The notes below the pieces were generated by a model. The model saw only the letters and a program-made list of their open reading frames with translations, did no database searches and had not been told where the DNA came from. This document shows, one piece after another, positions 26,971 to 40,521 of a DNA stretch of 64,000 bases. The stretch is from NCBI GenBank assembly GCA_039545335.1, contig BCIN01000002.1, forward strand, positions 1,563,118 to 1,627,117, given 5' to 3'. Numbering within the stretch: position 1 is the first letter of the stretch; every line of letters begins with the position of its first letter. The stretch is from Kondoa subrosea (Eukaryota). The position numbers and the translations under genes were made by a program.

Positions 26971-28943
26971 CTAGACCACATCAGCTTTACTTGGTCGAGA
27001 CGAGGATCCGTAGATCCATTCGGCGACAGCCTCGTTAGCTTTCGAAGCATCAACAGGCAGACTGTAAAAAATGCACAATCAGTTTGATTTGTACCGGTGT
27101 AAGGCTAGGCTTAGACATACACAAAGTTTGGCTGATATTCGTCTCCAACAAGCTTGAAGTATTTGGGTGTAAATGTCTCGCCCTTCGCTTCACGTTGTTG
27201 TGCCAGTTCACGCTGATGATCTTCGATTGCGCTCTTGGCTGTCGTCGCAGAATCCAGATCTTTCGCCTTTATAGCTGCAGTAACCTTGGACCACAACCTA
27301 CAGAAGAAACATATACATTGAGACATAGCAGAGAACACGATATGCTAACCTTCTTGACTCGAATTCGCCTTGTTCACTTTCCGCTGATACTGACTTCTGC
27401 GTTATATGGCTAGAAGCTGAATCGAAAGTTACTTCGCCTTTCTCGCCATGCTGCAGAGCGAAAGATAAGGTAAGGTAAGTCTAGCAAATCAAGCATCCAT
27501 CCGTACCTTGCCTCGCTTAATGGTAAAGCGATCAGACCACTTGCCGTCAACTTCTCCGACTTCTTTATGGTCGTGCTTTATCCTGCCATGGATTGCGTTG
27601 TATTCGCCTGAAAAGAAACCTTTGGTCTTGAACTCCACTTTGCATGAATAATCTAAGTGCTCGTTCTTGATAACACATTCATCTCCCAATTCCAGTAACA
27701 TCTGCAGATCACACTTAGTATGAACGAAAGACTCCTCATCCCACTGTTCGCCTACCTTTCCAAACAAAATTCCACGAGCATACATATTCGGCATCGAGAT
27801 TGTATATTCACCGTCTTCTGGCCTATCTATGAATGCAATCTTGTTGAATCCTTCCATAATAGTTGCAGCAGAATTTCCCAAGAATTTAGATTTAGGTCTC
27901 AGATCACCTCGAATGATGACTTTGTTGTCTGGTGACGCATAGTAGAAAGCTGAGATAGGAGGATGATGGCTGACTTGTTCGGCGACGTAGTAACCTACTG
28001 TTCCATTCGGATAATCGTACCGACATCGGAAGACTTCTCCAAGAATGGCTGTAAATCGATCGCATGTAAGCTGGAAATCAGGCGCAGGCCATTCTAGACT
28101 CACGGTTGTAGGGCTTTTTCTACAGTCCAGCAAACAGTCCGCATCAGTAACAGATTCATATTAACAGCAAAAGGCACATACAACACCTGAAAGAGAAAAC
28201 AGATAACGATCAGCATCATATGTTACGCCTCAGTACATTTTGCACGCACCTTTCGGCTTTATGTGCCAACCAGCCAGCTGTAAAGGCAAAAGTCAGAGAT
28301 GCATTCGAGAAGCTTTCAGGCCATAGACTGACATAACATTGCATCACTCCGACGAATCGAGCTTCCGCATCTGGATTTGCGCCAGCTCCAAAGACCAAAT
28401 CCGAATGCGAAAGGAAGTCGGTAATCCTCTCCAGCATACTTCTAGGCTCAAGTACAAAGACTGGCAGCGTGACCTATAATGAATTTTACTAATGGATTCT
28501 TGATTCTCGCGATACGGCGGCCGAACCCTTTGTAGATCCATACCGATACGCAGTTGTGAGACCAAGGCGAGAAGCATGTTCTTAGGCTCATCATCTAGCT
28601 CTTCAGTGCTGTTACATCAAGTAGAATGCCTTAAGTTTTGAATGCGAGCAACTCTGCATCTGAACTGACTCGTTCTGAACGTACAGTGATCAGCTACGGA
28701 CTATTCATCTGGATTTTGGGACGTACAGGGTTGCCTTCTGGTGCTTTCTCGCCAGACGCAGGTTGAGGAGGAGATCCAGCTGTTGGATGTGAAGTCGAGG
28801 CAGTCGTAGAAGCAGTCTGGCTATGCCCTCCTGAGACTCTGTCCTTTGCCTGTACCAAGATCACCAGCAACAAATCAAAGGCTGACTATTGTACGCAAAT
28901 CGAAGTTGCGCACGGAATGCAGCATGCCATGGAACATAGACAT
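26971..28943 (-). CDS. Oxysterol-binding protein homolog, Osh6/Osh7 type
   Basis: LVSQLRIGMDL, TLPVFVLEPRSMLERITDF, GWHIKPKGVKKPYNP, OSBP signature EQVSHHPPISAF, PNMYARGILFGK. Confidence 0.93.
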
Positions 28944-29188
28944 GTTGGCTCGATTGCTGGTATGCTAGAGTGGTATACGCAGAGCTCAAGGGGATCTTTG
29001 CGAGTGGTTTATCCTGACTTCGGTCGTCGACTCGTAATGACCCCCATGTGCCGCGGAAGAAAAACAACTGACGTTTTTTCGTATGCAATGATCAATCGTA
29101 TGTTATGCATTACATCTATACTGCTGCTCTATTGCAGATCTAGAGTTGGGAGATCTCGAAACCGAGTTGAGTCAAGCATTTTGCGGAC

Positions 29189-31237
29189 TTAGAAGGTAAT
29201 CTTCTTGCCCTTCTTGCCAGCGAGTGACTGTCGCAATGGTTAGCGGATATCCTTGAGTACAAAGCTGTCTCGTTCACCTCGTCATAGTGATCGCCATAAA
29301 CTGGATAGATAAGTTAGCTCAAACCATACAGCACTTAAAGCGAAACATACTAGGATGACTCTTCTTCTTGATCGTCCCGCTAGTAGAACCGAATATCAGT
29401 ACCGCTCGAGAGACAGACAACCCACAATATCACTCACCCAAACTCTCTCAATGAATCTGGCACCTCTTGGCCAGCATCTTTCAACACTCGCTGCAATTCG
29501 CCTGAATGCGCTTTGTCGTCCGCTGTGAAGAAGGTATGGGCTTTTCCTGTTCTTCCGGCTCGTCCCGTACGACCGATACGATCTAATCAAACTAATCAAG
29601 ATCGTCCTTCGAGCAATGACTTGTACTCACGGATGTAGTCTTCGATGGTGAGGGGGAAAGTATCTGTCAGACACGAAGACGGTAGAATCAGCGCACGCTG
29701 CTTCTCCATTCTTGCGTACTGACAATTGACGACCAATTCTACTTTCGGCACATCCAAGCCACGAGCAGCTACATCCGTTGCAACCAATACATTGGTGATG
29801 CCTTGTTTGAAGTCATCTAGAGCTTTCGTTCTTTGTGCTTGCCCAAGATCACCTGTCGATAATCAGTGCAGAACCATCAGCGCGAAGCCGATTTGTCATG
29901 CTACAATCACCGACCTTGAATACAACCAACTTGATAGCCCTTCATTTGCAAGAACCTTTCTACTCTAGCAGCTTCCTTCTTGTACAAAGCAAAGACGAGT
30001 ACTTTGTCTCTTTGAGTGCCTTTAGTTCCACCAGGTCCACTCTTGAACCCTTGCTTGTTCAACACTTTAAGCAATTCACTATCCTTCATTCTCCCATCTT
30101 CTAATACAGTAACTTTTTGCTCGACTGATAAAGAAGCAGTCAATTCGTCCGAACCAACAGTAATCCTAATTGGTTCAACCATGAAATCGTTTGCGAGTTG
30201 TCTAACCGACATTGGCCAAGTAGCAGAAAACATCATTGTATGTCTTTTTGTTTGGTTTGAAGAAGAAATAATGGTTCTAATATCGTTTTCGAAACCTTTG
30301 TCCAACATTCGATCGGCTTCATCTAGAACGAGGTAAGAAACACCAGATAAATCCAATGCTCCTTCATTGCATAGATCAATGATTCTTCCAGGTGTACCAA
30401 CGACTATTCGAGTACTTGATTTAGCCAACAAAGCTTTTTGTGGATCTTTGGGTACACCTCCGTAAATGCAGACGGAATTGAGGTTCAGAGGTTTACCGAG
30501 GGAAGAAAGAACTTCGTGAGTTTGCATAGCTAGTTCTCGAGTGGGTGCAACTACCAAAACGGTAATGGAAGCAGCTTTTTTTGTGGATTTGGGTAGAGAT
30601 TCGATATATTTGATAGCTGGTAAACCGAAAGCCATTGTTTTCCCAGAGCTGCAACATGTCAGAAAAGAGAGGAAGAAAGATGTTGTAGAAAGACATACCC
30701 TGTTTCGGCTATAGCTATGCAATCTTTGCCTCGAAACAAGACACCCCAAGCTGAACTCTGTACTGGTGTAGGTTTCGAGAAAGTCTTGAGGCCTTGTTTG
30801 AGACCTTCAGATATGGATAGAGCGTCGAAAGAGAGAACAGGTGGATAGGTAGAAGTAGCTGCTGCAGGTGGATCATAGGAAATGTCATGCTCCTTCAAGA
30901 AAGTTTCAATTTCTCCAGATGAGGCGGTTGCTACAGGCACAACGATAGCGTCTTGAACAGTCGCAGGCTCTCCAGCTGAACCCTCAAGAGCTGCCTTTGC
31001 AGCTTTCTTCGCAGCCTTTCGAGCTTTCTTCGCTAGTTTCTCAGCAGATACATCGACAGGCAGCGCAGCTTCAGCCTCTTCTCTGAGTTTCTTAATCACT
31101 GGCTCTTCATCAGCTGGTGCATCTTCAGCTTTTCGTTTTTTGCTCTCTTCGCCAGATTCTGCTTTGGCTGCCTGCTTCTTTGCCTTCTTCTCTGCTTTGC
31201 GTGCAGCTTTGGCCTGCTTCTCTTCCTCTGTACTCAT
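29189..31237 (-). CDS. DBP3: DEAD-box RNA helicase Dbp3 (ribosome biogenesis)
   Basis: Lys-rich N-terminus, [57 protein letters not shown]-terminal KKITF*. Confidence 0.93.
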
Positions 31238-31641
31238 GTTATGGTTCTAGAATGACCTTTCCAAAAATTAATGCGTCGTTTCTTATAAAAACGAAACTTG
31301 GCTTGGAGCAACCGTCTGCATTCACAACAGCAGCGGACACTATTGAACGAGCTTCTGTATACCCTTAGACATCATCCAGAACCGCATCATAGCTTTGCAG
31401 GTCAGTCTGTACGCGGGAATCAACGATGTCCACTGATGCCTTGATTTTTGCTTCTTTTCTCTTTTCCTTCTATCTGTCTCCTGCTGCTTCTACATGTTAT
31501 GTCTACCTTCTGCTAACTTACTCCTGGTCATCGTCTTGTGATATTTGGCTTTTTGTTGTTCATCATCGATCCATCGCTTGCATCAAAACGCCAACCCGTT
31601 CTAAACGCGCTTATTTGCTATATTGCATCATCAGATCGAGC

Positions 31642-34043
31642 ATGTTCAGTAACCCACATTATGGATCTAGTCCTGCAGCACTATCGAGTTCAGTTGCATT
31701 GATTGAAGAATTCAGGCAAGAAATCGAACATCGTCAACATCCAGATTCAGGTCACGACAATGAAGTAGAAGAATCTGAAGCTCAATCTCTTTTATCCTCA
31801 AGAAGAGGATCTATGGCATCTAGAAGAACTTCAATGGCTTCTGCTAGAAGAAGGAAATCTTCTGCTGGCGCTTATCGATCTCGTTTGGGATCAAGAGCTT
31901 CTAGTAATCATGTTCATTTCGGATTTGGTGCCAGAGATGGATTAAGACCTCTTACGCAACATGCCCCTTATTTGCGAGAACATGAAAATGCAATAGACGA
32001 CGACGTAGAAGCCTCTTCTATTCATTTGAGAGAAGACAAACCTCCAATGAGTGAAATTCGGTTAGGCGCAAGAGCTTCATTCTCTTCTGCTTTCAATTCC
32101 GTCTATGGTGGTGCAAGCTTGAGCGAAACGACTGCCCTTTTAGCTCCTGGTGATGTTGGGGAACCATTGCTTGAAGCTGTTCCGCCTCCGTTACCTGAAC
32201 CGGATGAGAACGCTGTGTTGAAAGAACTTGGAATCTTGGGCAAATATTCTCTACCTATCTTGGGAACTCAAGCGATGCAGTATTCACTTTCAGTAACTTC
32301 AGTCATTATTGTTGGTCGATTGGGGACGGTGGAATTAGCTAGCGCATCTCTTGGGAGTATGACCTGCAATGTGCTTGCTTTCTCCGTCATTCAGGTCAGT
32401 TGTTGCAGACTTACTATCAGACGGAAGTTTGATAGAGAAGTATCCGTGCTGACAGGGCTTCGCATCTGCTCTGGATGCGCTTTGTCCTCAAGCCTACGCC
32501 TCACCTACACCGACGCTCTCTTCCCTCTATGCGCAAAGAACAGCATTCATCTTGTTGCTATTGATGATCCCTCAGTTCTTCCTCTTTTGGAACGCAGAAC
32601 ATATCTTCAATGCTCTAAGACAAGATCCAGCTGTAAGCGAGAAAGCAGCATTGTATCTCAAGACCATGTCTTTCGCTTTACCTTCATATGCTGGTTTTGA
32701 AGTGCTCAGAAAGTGGTTGCAAGGGTGAGTCAGAGCTTCCTTAGCTGATCTTGACAGAGCTGAGGCATAAGATTTTGTTAATAGACAAGGAAGATTCTTC
32801 CCTGCAACATGTATTGTTTGCATAGTAGCGCCTGTGAATGTTCTCTTGACCTATTTCCTGGTGCTCGGGCCAATCAAGAAATTGCGATATGGTTTCATCG
32901 GTGCTCCATTATCGACCGCCATCTCTATCACCTTGATGTTTCTCCTGGTCGCGTTCTATAGCATCTTCATTTGCCCGAAAGACGCTTTTGGTGGATGGAC
33001 GACCAAAGCTTTCACTGGATTATCAAATAACATCAAACTTGGTTTAGCTGGAACTTTGATGATTGGTAGCGAATGGTGGTGCTGGGAAATCGTTTGTCCC
33101 TTCTACTGCGAAATTGTTTGTCCCTGAAAGAAACCACTTCACGAACAGGTTGGTCTCGAATCTTCGTTCGTTGTCCCTCCTACTCTTGCTTGTTTGCAGT
33201 ATGAAATAAACTACTTGACGAACAGATACCTTGGCTCGACCTCCCTCGCTGCTCAGTCTGTACTTGGTGTCATTACTTCACTCTTCTATCAGATCCCCTA
33301 CGCCGTCTCTGCAGCAGCGGCTGTAAGAGTAGCGAATCTCATCGGAGCTGGTCATTCGAATCTCGCTAGGAAGACCAGTCGAGTTGCTTTACTGCTCGCT
33401 GTAGTCATCGGTACAATTGAAGCTATTATACTCGCTACTTGCAGACACAGTGAGCCTTTGTGAATATACAGCTACAAAGGAAGCTAATCGTTTTGCTTAG
33501 GTATTGGTCGACTCTTCACTACCGACGAACGTGTGGTCGCTCTTGTTGCGACCGTACTACCCATCATCGCTCTCTTCCAAGTCGCGGATGGGGTCACTGG
33601 TGTTGCTAGTGGGTTGCTTCGCGGTTCTGGTCGCTCTGTGAGTTCCGGTTGTTGTTATCAAATTGGCTCAGAGTTGACTTGTATGGTCAGGCAACTGGTG
33701 CTATCGTCAATGTCTCGGCGTACTACTGCATTGGCATTCCTATCGGTCAGTGACATCAATGCGTTGGAAAATCGCGCTGAAAATCAGGCAATAGGTGCTT
33801 TGCTCTGCTTCAAGTCTGCACACATGGGTCTCGCTGGCTTATGGACTGGTCTGACCGTAGCTTTGACGGTCACTTCAGTCTTCAATTCATACTTCATTCT
33901 ATATCGAAGTGAGTCTAGCAATTCTGCGGCATCCTGCTTTCACTAAGTCCAGCTGCCTAGTCGATTGGCAATACGAAGTTCAGCGCGCTAGAGCCATCTT
34001 TGGCGCTGAAGACAAACCCGCTATCAATTACGGAACTCACTAG
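31642..34043 (+). CDS. MATE (multidrug and toxic compound extrusion) transporter
   Basis: VGRLGTVELASASLG, GFASALDALCPQAY, GFIGAP, SEWWCWE, AVRVANLIGAG, GLLRGSGR, GLAGLWTG; long hydrophilic N-terminus. Confidence 0.93.
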
Positions 34044-34347
34044 ACAACATCCCTTTACGATACAATCATCTTTGCATTTACGACCCCTTATGGCATCATC
34101 ATCCATCTTCTTTCGTTCTCACTTCTCTCTTCTATCTCGCATGTGCATATAGCATGAAACTCCATTTTTCAAGGATACAGCGTAATCGTGCATTTTCGTT
34201 GGCATTATTAATAGTGAAGACGTGGAAGGAAACCTAATGATTGTACATAAAACTAATGATGACCGGTTTTTAGATATAACGAAATGATAATGACTTTCTC
34301 TCATGTGCATGAAAATGATTCCTGTGTCCGTGCTTAGAGGTTTTTGT

Positions 34348-36406
34348 TCATCGCTGTCTGCAAAGATCTCTTCCGTGATTCACTTGGTAGCGACATACTG
34401 AAGGCGAGACGAAGGCAGCTACGATAGAAGCCAAAAGAATACCGAAAACGTCTGATATGGCTGAAAGCAAACACAGAGTATATTAGCCTTATCCGTGATG
34501 AAGAAGCGAAAATAATTACCTAATGTAGCAATCAGTTGCTCACGTAATTGAGATTCAGGAGAAGCGGCATCTTCATCTGCTTCATACATAAGTTCAGGTC
34601 GTTGAATCGATTGCTTCTCCGCCAAAGCATCATAGGTGTTTTCTACTTCAGCCGGAAGATCTTCTCTGCTGACTCGGCTACAGATCAGATTGGCATCAGC
34701 TTGCGAGCGGATTTCCGCCGGAGCAATACAACTCACAAATAAGAGTTGCTATAAGCTAAACCTTCTCCGATACCACCTCCTAATACGATAAGCAGCACGA
34801 CGCCAAGTCCAAAGAGATCCCCTTCGGCGTTCATGCTCAAAGCTTCAGCCAAAAGTGCCAGCATGAAGCAAATCGAGACTAGAACAGGGAAATACATCCA
34901 TACAGCTGGGGAGGGTAGCCTGAAGAAGTTGATAGAGGTTCGGCCAAGGAAAGCTCCGGTCATGTATATGAGTTGATAAGCTGGGTAGAAAGATCGAAGT
35001 TGAGTGAAGATTTTCTGTAAGTTGAGCAGATTCAGAATGAGCGAATTCTCACATGATCTACTTAGTGTGACTCACTCGGAAGAAGGTATGCAGGGCATAC
35101 GACTCTGGAATAGGTACAGGGAAGATGATGTCCACAAGAAGACCCTATTGCGCCAATTTTTAGCTTAAACATATTGATTGCAAGGAGAAACATACCTGAT
35201 TGGCAACGTAAATGAAGAAGAAAGCCGAGAACAACGGAATCATGAACTCAAATAGCAATCCCTTGACCAATTTGAGCTTGTCGATAACGGATAACTCGCT
35301 AATGACCATATGACGCCTTGTTTGTGCTCGATTGAGAAGTCGAGTGCTTTCATTCTTGACTTTTGATTTGGGATTACGATACTTGCCTGCGAATTTGGCT
35401 CCAGCTGGTAGGAGGAAGAAATAGACTGCGAGAATAGCAAGAGGTACAATGCCAACGCAAGAGATCACAATGTTTGTGCTGATTTGAAGCCATGAAGTGG
35501 TTGCGTTGTAGATGAGAGCTGAGATAAGACCAGAGAAGCCAGTACCAGTCGAGAAAGCGCCTAGTGCGATATTGGTAGGATAGCTACAGGAGATTGAGAT
35601 AGACATCAGACTCCGAGAAGATGACTTACAGTGTGGATAACTGCAAAAAGGTCATCTCGCCCAGATTACTAGCCAGCGAGACAAAAAGAATTCCAACTAT
35701 TCTCAACCAGATCGGTCGGCTCCAAGCCAACAGCTGCAGACCGATCATAGAAGAGGCGGCGCAGATGAACAATCTTCTAGGATAATCTACTCCTGATCTT
35801 CCTCCTCCCAGTACGACATCCTCTTCTGGTTCTTCCACATCATCGTCGTCTGGGTCTATTTCAGGTATGCCAAGCAGAGTGTAGATATAAGCTGGAAAGA
35901 GCAGTCGAATGAGGTATGTAGGTGAGAGCCATTCAGGCGTCACGTTAGGCATACTGGGAGAAAGATTGGTCAGTCGCGACTATGCAACGGAAAGGTACTG
36001 CTCACTAGGGGACTATCAAACGAATGTATATACTGGGCGCTGTGTACGCAAAGAGTACAACAGCAGGAGGTGCTTGCTGCCCGACCAGACTACGTTACTA
36101 ATGAGCTCTGAAAGTCTGAAAGCGAATGAAGAAAGACTTGCTCTGCAGCCTGTCGAACAATATTAGCAACCTTACTCGAGCGGAACCGATTGGACTTACT
36201 GCTGCAACTCCTACAAAGTTGAAGAGACTGCATACAAGCACTCCGAACAAGAAGAAGGCTATAGCTAATCTTTTGCGAGGTTGATTCTGCACGATTTTCG
36301 CGTAGGAAATGCTTCGTTTAATGGAAGCTGCTCTAGATGTCGCTCTAGAGTGTATGCCAGGCCTTCGAGGGTAGCCTGCGGGCGTTTGCGATTCCATCTC
36401 AGGCAA
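34348..36406 (-). CDS. BTN1: Btn1/CLN3 (battenin) family vacuolar membrane protein
   Basis: AFFLFG, AADLVG, SLASNLGEMTFLQL, FSTGTGFSG, YVANQG, FYPAYQLIYMTGAFLGRTS, GLAYSN, C-terminal C..QV..GRDLC. Confidence 0.85.
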
Positions 36407-36650
36407 AGGATGGTCGTAACGAGAAACGCCGCCAAAGTCAAACGAGAGTCAAGAGGTGTCGTGAGGGTGGGTGCGTCTCGTGAAGAAACAATGTAGAGTA
36501 TGCATAATATTCTAAAGAAGAATGTAATTGGCAAGTTTCCATCCCTTGACCGATGCTCAATAATCTACTTGTATGAATCCAAGCACCTGAGCGGGCGAGA
36601 TCAGATAAGTACAACTGTGGAACAAAGAGTATGCAAACCTGCAGTCTTCA

Positions 36651-38017
36651 CTACCGCCAGGATTTACTGCCAGAGGTGTTCCGTTTCTGCTTCTGCCTAA
36701 GGCGACCAACGCAGACCTTTTCATGGTCAGACCAATCGGCTTTCGCACATGTATCTAAGTAGCAGTTGTGACCAAGCATTTCACAATGAAGAAAGAACTG
36801 GACTCACTTCCGCAGTAACTGGTTATATGGCAAAGTTCGCAATTTTCGTAACCCTTGACTAGATCTTTATAATCTCCATCGAGCGGCTGAGTCGTCTTAC
36901 CACAATAAAGCTGTTTTCAGAGTCATTAAGCATATTTCGGAACTAAGCGAACATGCATGACTCACACAAGACATGTTTCCAGCATGTATCATGTGATCTT
37001 CGCACTGTTCCATCATGAGCTCACGAGCTTCTTTTCTCAACGCCGCAGCTCGTTCTTTCATAAAGACCTGACGATCCTTCTTCCCATTGTCAGTCCATTT
37101 CATGAAATCCTCGCGCGCACGCCGACGCTTTTCGGGAAACACCATATCAAGGATTTCGTAGGTAATGGTGAAACCACATCCGTAACCCAAGACCAAAGCC
37201 AGCGTAGGTATTGATGTAGCATGATGGCGAGTCTGTGCAGGATCGTGGCTGAGGTACTCATTTACGGCAGATGTAAGCGTGACAACGTGAGGATTCAATA
37301 TCTCGAAACAGTCGGCAAAGAGTTTGATAGTGTTGGCCAAAGCGGATGCGAAAACCTCTTCTATGTCCCAAAAATCGACACCCATGTCGTGTGAATCGAG
37401 TTTCTTTTTCCCCATATGATCCGTAGCCCAGAGTAGAAATTGACATTCGCTCTTCCAGTGCGCTATGATGTCTTGTCTTGAAGTAAGGAGTTTGTGTTGC
37501 TTTACCAGCGGCAGTGTGAGGTTCAAAGTTCTTTTTATTGAAAATGCATAGAATTTTTTGGGCCAACTCCAATCCTCTCTTTCATAAAGATCGTCCGATA
37601 TGTCGAAACTATCGCTGTAATACTCTGTGTGGGTCGGCCCAGGTTTTGATCTGGTCGTCGAAGGTATTTCCAGTTCTTCATCAGTATCAGTCCAGTCTTC
37701 TTCAGCATCATCTTCGTCCATACGGAAGCTTCTTCTGAAGAGCTCCCCTTGAGATACGTAGGGCTTGCCGGCCAAATAAAGGTGTGCATCTTTTGCAATA
37801 GAAGTGGCCCGGCAGCTGCAAGAACCAGCCGACATCGAATATTGAGATCCACCATTTGGCTGTCTGTACACACATCGTGCCAGCTGTCGGCTACATTGCC
37901 CAATTTTCTCCAAATAGCTCGAAAATCGATACTTGATGCCTTAATCAATTCTACAATTTCGGCTGCTTCTCCCTTGATTTTCTTGAGTCGCTCTGCTGGA
38001 GTCTCTTGCGAAGTCAT
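36651..38017 (-). CDS. Hypothetical protein with C-terminal MYND-type zinc finger
   Basis: Long ORFs 37535-38017 and 36897-37913. Small terminal exons encode CELCHITSYCG..CAKADWSDHEKVC, matching the MYND pattern. Confidence 0.7.
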
Positions 38018-38603
38018 GGTTGACGAAAGAAAGAAAGCAAGAAAGAAACAGAACTATACGTAAGCCAAATTTTCAGCGCCATAGTAATTTATCAGGTGAG
38101 GCAGATTGCACCCCACTTTTTGCAAGTTTTTCTTGTAAGTGAAGGATGATACACTCCAGAAGAACTCGAAGAGAGGGATTGAGGGGATGCAGCAGAGTGC
38201 TGCTCGATTTTGAGGTTTTGCTTAAAAGACAAATGCCCAACCAGAAGACATCAAGAACAATAGTGCGATTTGCACCAGCGCATACAATACGAAGGAGAAA
38301 GGATGTCAGGAGGTCCCGTCCCTTCTGAGTGCAGTTCTTTACATATCATTCAAAAGCTTCTCATCTCTCATCGCTGCATATGATGTTGAACGAGGCCGAG
38401 ATGTCCTCAGAACAGACTTTCCTGGCATGCCGTCTTGTAATAAAGCCAGCTTTCGTGCAGCTGGGGTGAGATTTGCGGTTCTAGGCGGTTCAGCCTGAAG
38501 TTGCATATTTTGAGGTCCACCTGCATCGTCCACTGTTCCTATTCCTTGCTCCTGCTTGCTCTCTTCCATCCTTCTACTCATATTTCGCCTGTCCTAACTG
38601 AAT

Positions 38604-40284
38604 ATGCCTACAGAAGCTCTTGCATACATTGTGCACGAAGCTGGGGCTCCGTTCAAGCTGGAGAAAGTCACTTTGGATGATCCGCTGGCGAACGAGGTGC
38701 TGGTGAAGATGGTTGCCTCAGGTGTCTGTGTAGGTTTAGACAGCTCCGTCGCTTAGCAAGACCTGAAGTGCATCTTTAGCACACCGATATCACCGTCGGC
38801 GCTGGCTTGTTGCCTTCATCCTTCCCAGCTATCCTAGGTGAATATCAGCATAAGGATGAACTCCTTGAGCCAATATTGATCACAATTGTCTAGGTCACGA
38901 AGGAGCTGGAATCATTCAGAAAGTGGGAAGCGATGTCAAGTCTCTCAAAGAAGGCGACTCTGTCTTGCTTTCTTGGGCTCATTGTACAGACTGCAAGAAC
39001 TGCAAATCAGAGGTACAGCCTTCTGTCTGACTCTCTTTGCAATTATTCAACCCTGACAGGATCCTGTTGCTTGCATGACATGGTATCCCATCAATTTTGG
39101 AAAGACTCGTCTCAATGGATCAGCTCAAGTCGGTACTCTTGAAGACGGAACGCGCGTTGAAGGGTCTTTCTTCGGTGAGTGTGCGATCATTATGATTGGT
39201 CGAAGCTGACCATACTATTCCAGGTCAGAGCTCTTTCGGGACGCACGGCATTGTCAAGGAGACTTCAGTTAGTCGCTTCTACTTCATCAGATCATGCATT
39301 ATGACTTCTGAATAGTGCGTCAAAGTGGACAAAGACGTAGATCTAGAAGTTTGCGCTCCCATGGGATGTGGTATACAGACCGGAAGTGGTTAGTTGAGCT
39401 ATTTCATTGCACATTGCACTCGTCTGATTTTTATGTCCTCGTAGGCGGTGTTCTCAACGTGGCACAACCCAAACCTGAGGATACCATCTTGATCTCCGGC
39501 CTTGGATCTGTCGGCTTCTCAGCTCTTTTCGCTGCTCTGAGTTTGGGTGTGAAGAATATCATTGCTGTCGATCTGGTCGACAGTCGACTGGAACAGGTAT
39601 GATCTAAACAGCTTTATCGTATATTGCTTACGCGTGTTTTGGCTAGGCAAAGTCCTTCGGTGCAACTCACACCATCAATGCTCGCAATACAGATGCAGTT
39701 GCGGAAGTCATGAAAATCACACAGGATGCCGGTGTCCGCTATGCAATTGAATGTACTGGAGGTCAGCAGCTCTGTTCCATCCGTAAACAATACTTGATTG
39801 CAGCCTATTCGATGATTCAGCTCCGAAGGCCTGCAGAGCCGCTTTCGTGCGCCCTTCGGATCCCAAGATGTCTCTGACTGACTTCAAACTTAGCTCTCTA
39901 CTGGCGTCAGGGGAACTATGGTACAAATTGGCGCTTCGACTCAGGTTTGTGCAAGTATCTTTGTCCGCTCAATATCTAAGCGAGCTCTCGAATCAGCCTA
40001 TGGAAATCGCTTCCATGGAGTTCCTCTCGCATATTCGCTCAATTGTTGGATGTGTAGAAGGAGATGGAAAGCCTCAAGATTTCATCCCTCAACTGGTCAA
40101 AATGTATAAATCAGCGGCACTGCCTTTGGACAAGATCACTACCAAATATGATTTCAAGGACTTGGAAACTGCTTTGCATGAGTGAGTTGCCTCTGCCATC
40201 TCGTGAACATAATGCTAACCAGGTAATACACTCAGTATGCACGAGGGAAAATGCATTAAAGCTGTGTTGACCTTCCCGGCCTGA
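38604..40284 (+). CDS. Zn-dependent medium-chain alcohol dehydrogenase, aryl/benzyl-alcohol dehydrogenase type
   Basis: GVCHTD, GHEGAG, structural Zn CxxCxxC...C, FFGQSSF, APMGCGIQTG, GLGSVG, GCVEGD..PQDFIPQL. Confidence 0.92.
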
Positions 40285-40521
40285 ATGGGCCATGAGGCGA
40301 CAGAAGATTTGTGAACGAAGTGTCAAAATATGGAAGCCTTGTTTCTATCCTGCAATGTATTTTATCCCTTGAGCTTCGCTCGCCTACCCTGCTGTCCACT
40401 GCTAGTCCACTGCGATGATCCTCAGGCACATCCCGCTTGAAAGTCGACCCTTCAAGTTGCGGGGTGCTGGAGCTATTTGTTCTCTTTGCTGTTGATCTGC
40501 AATTGCGCTACAACAGCTAAC

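Noticed and set aside
38339..38581. 80-aa ORF divergent from the ADH
   Set aside because: Its ATG is only ~22 bp from the ADH ATG and it has no motifs; probably a chance ORF in the promoter.
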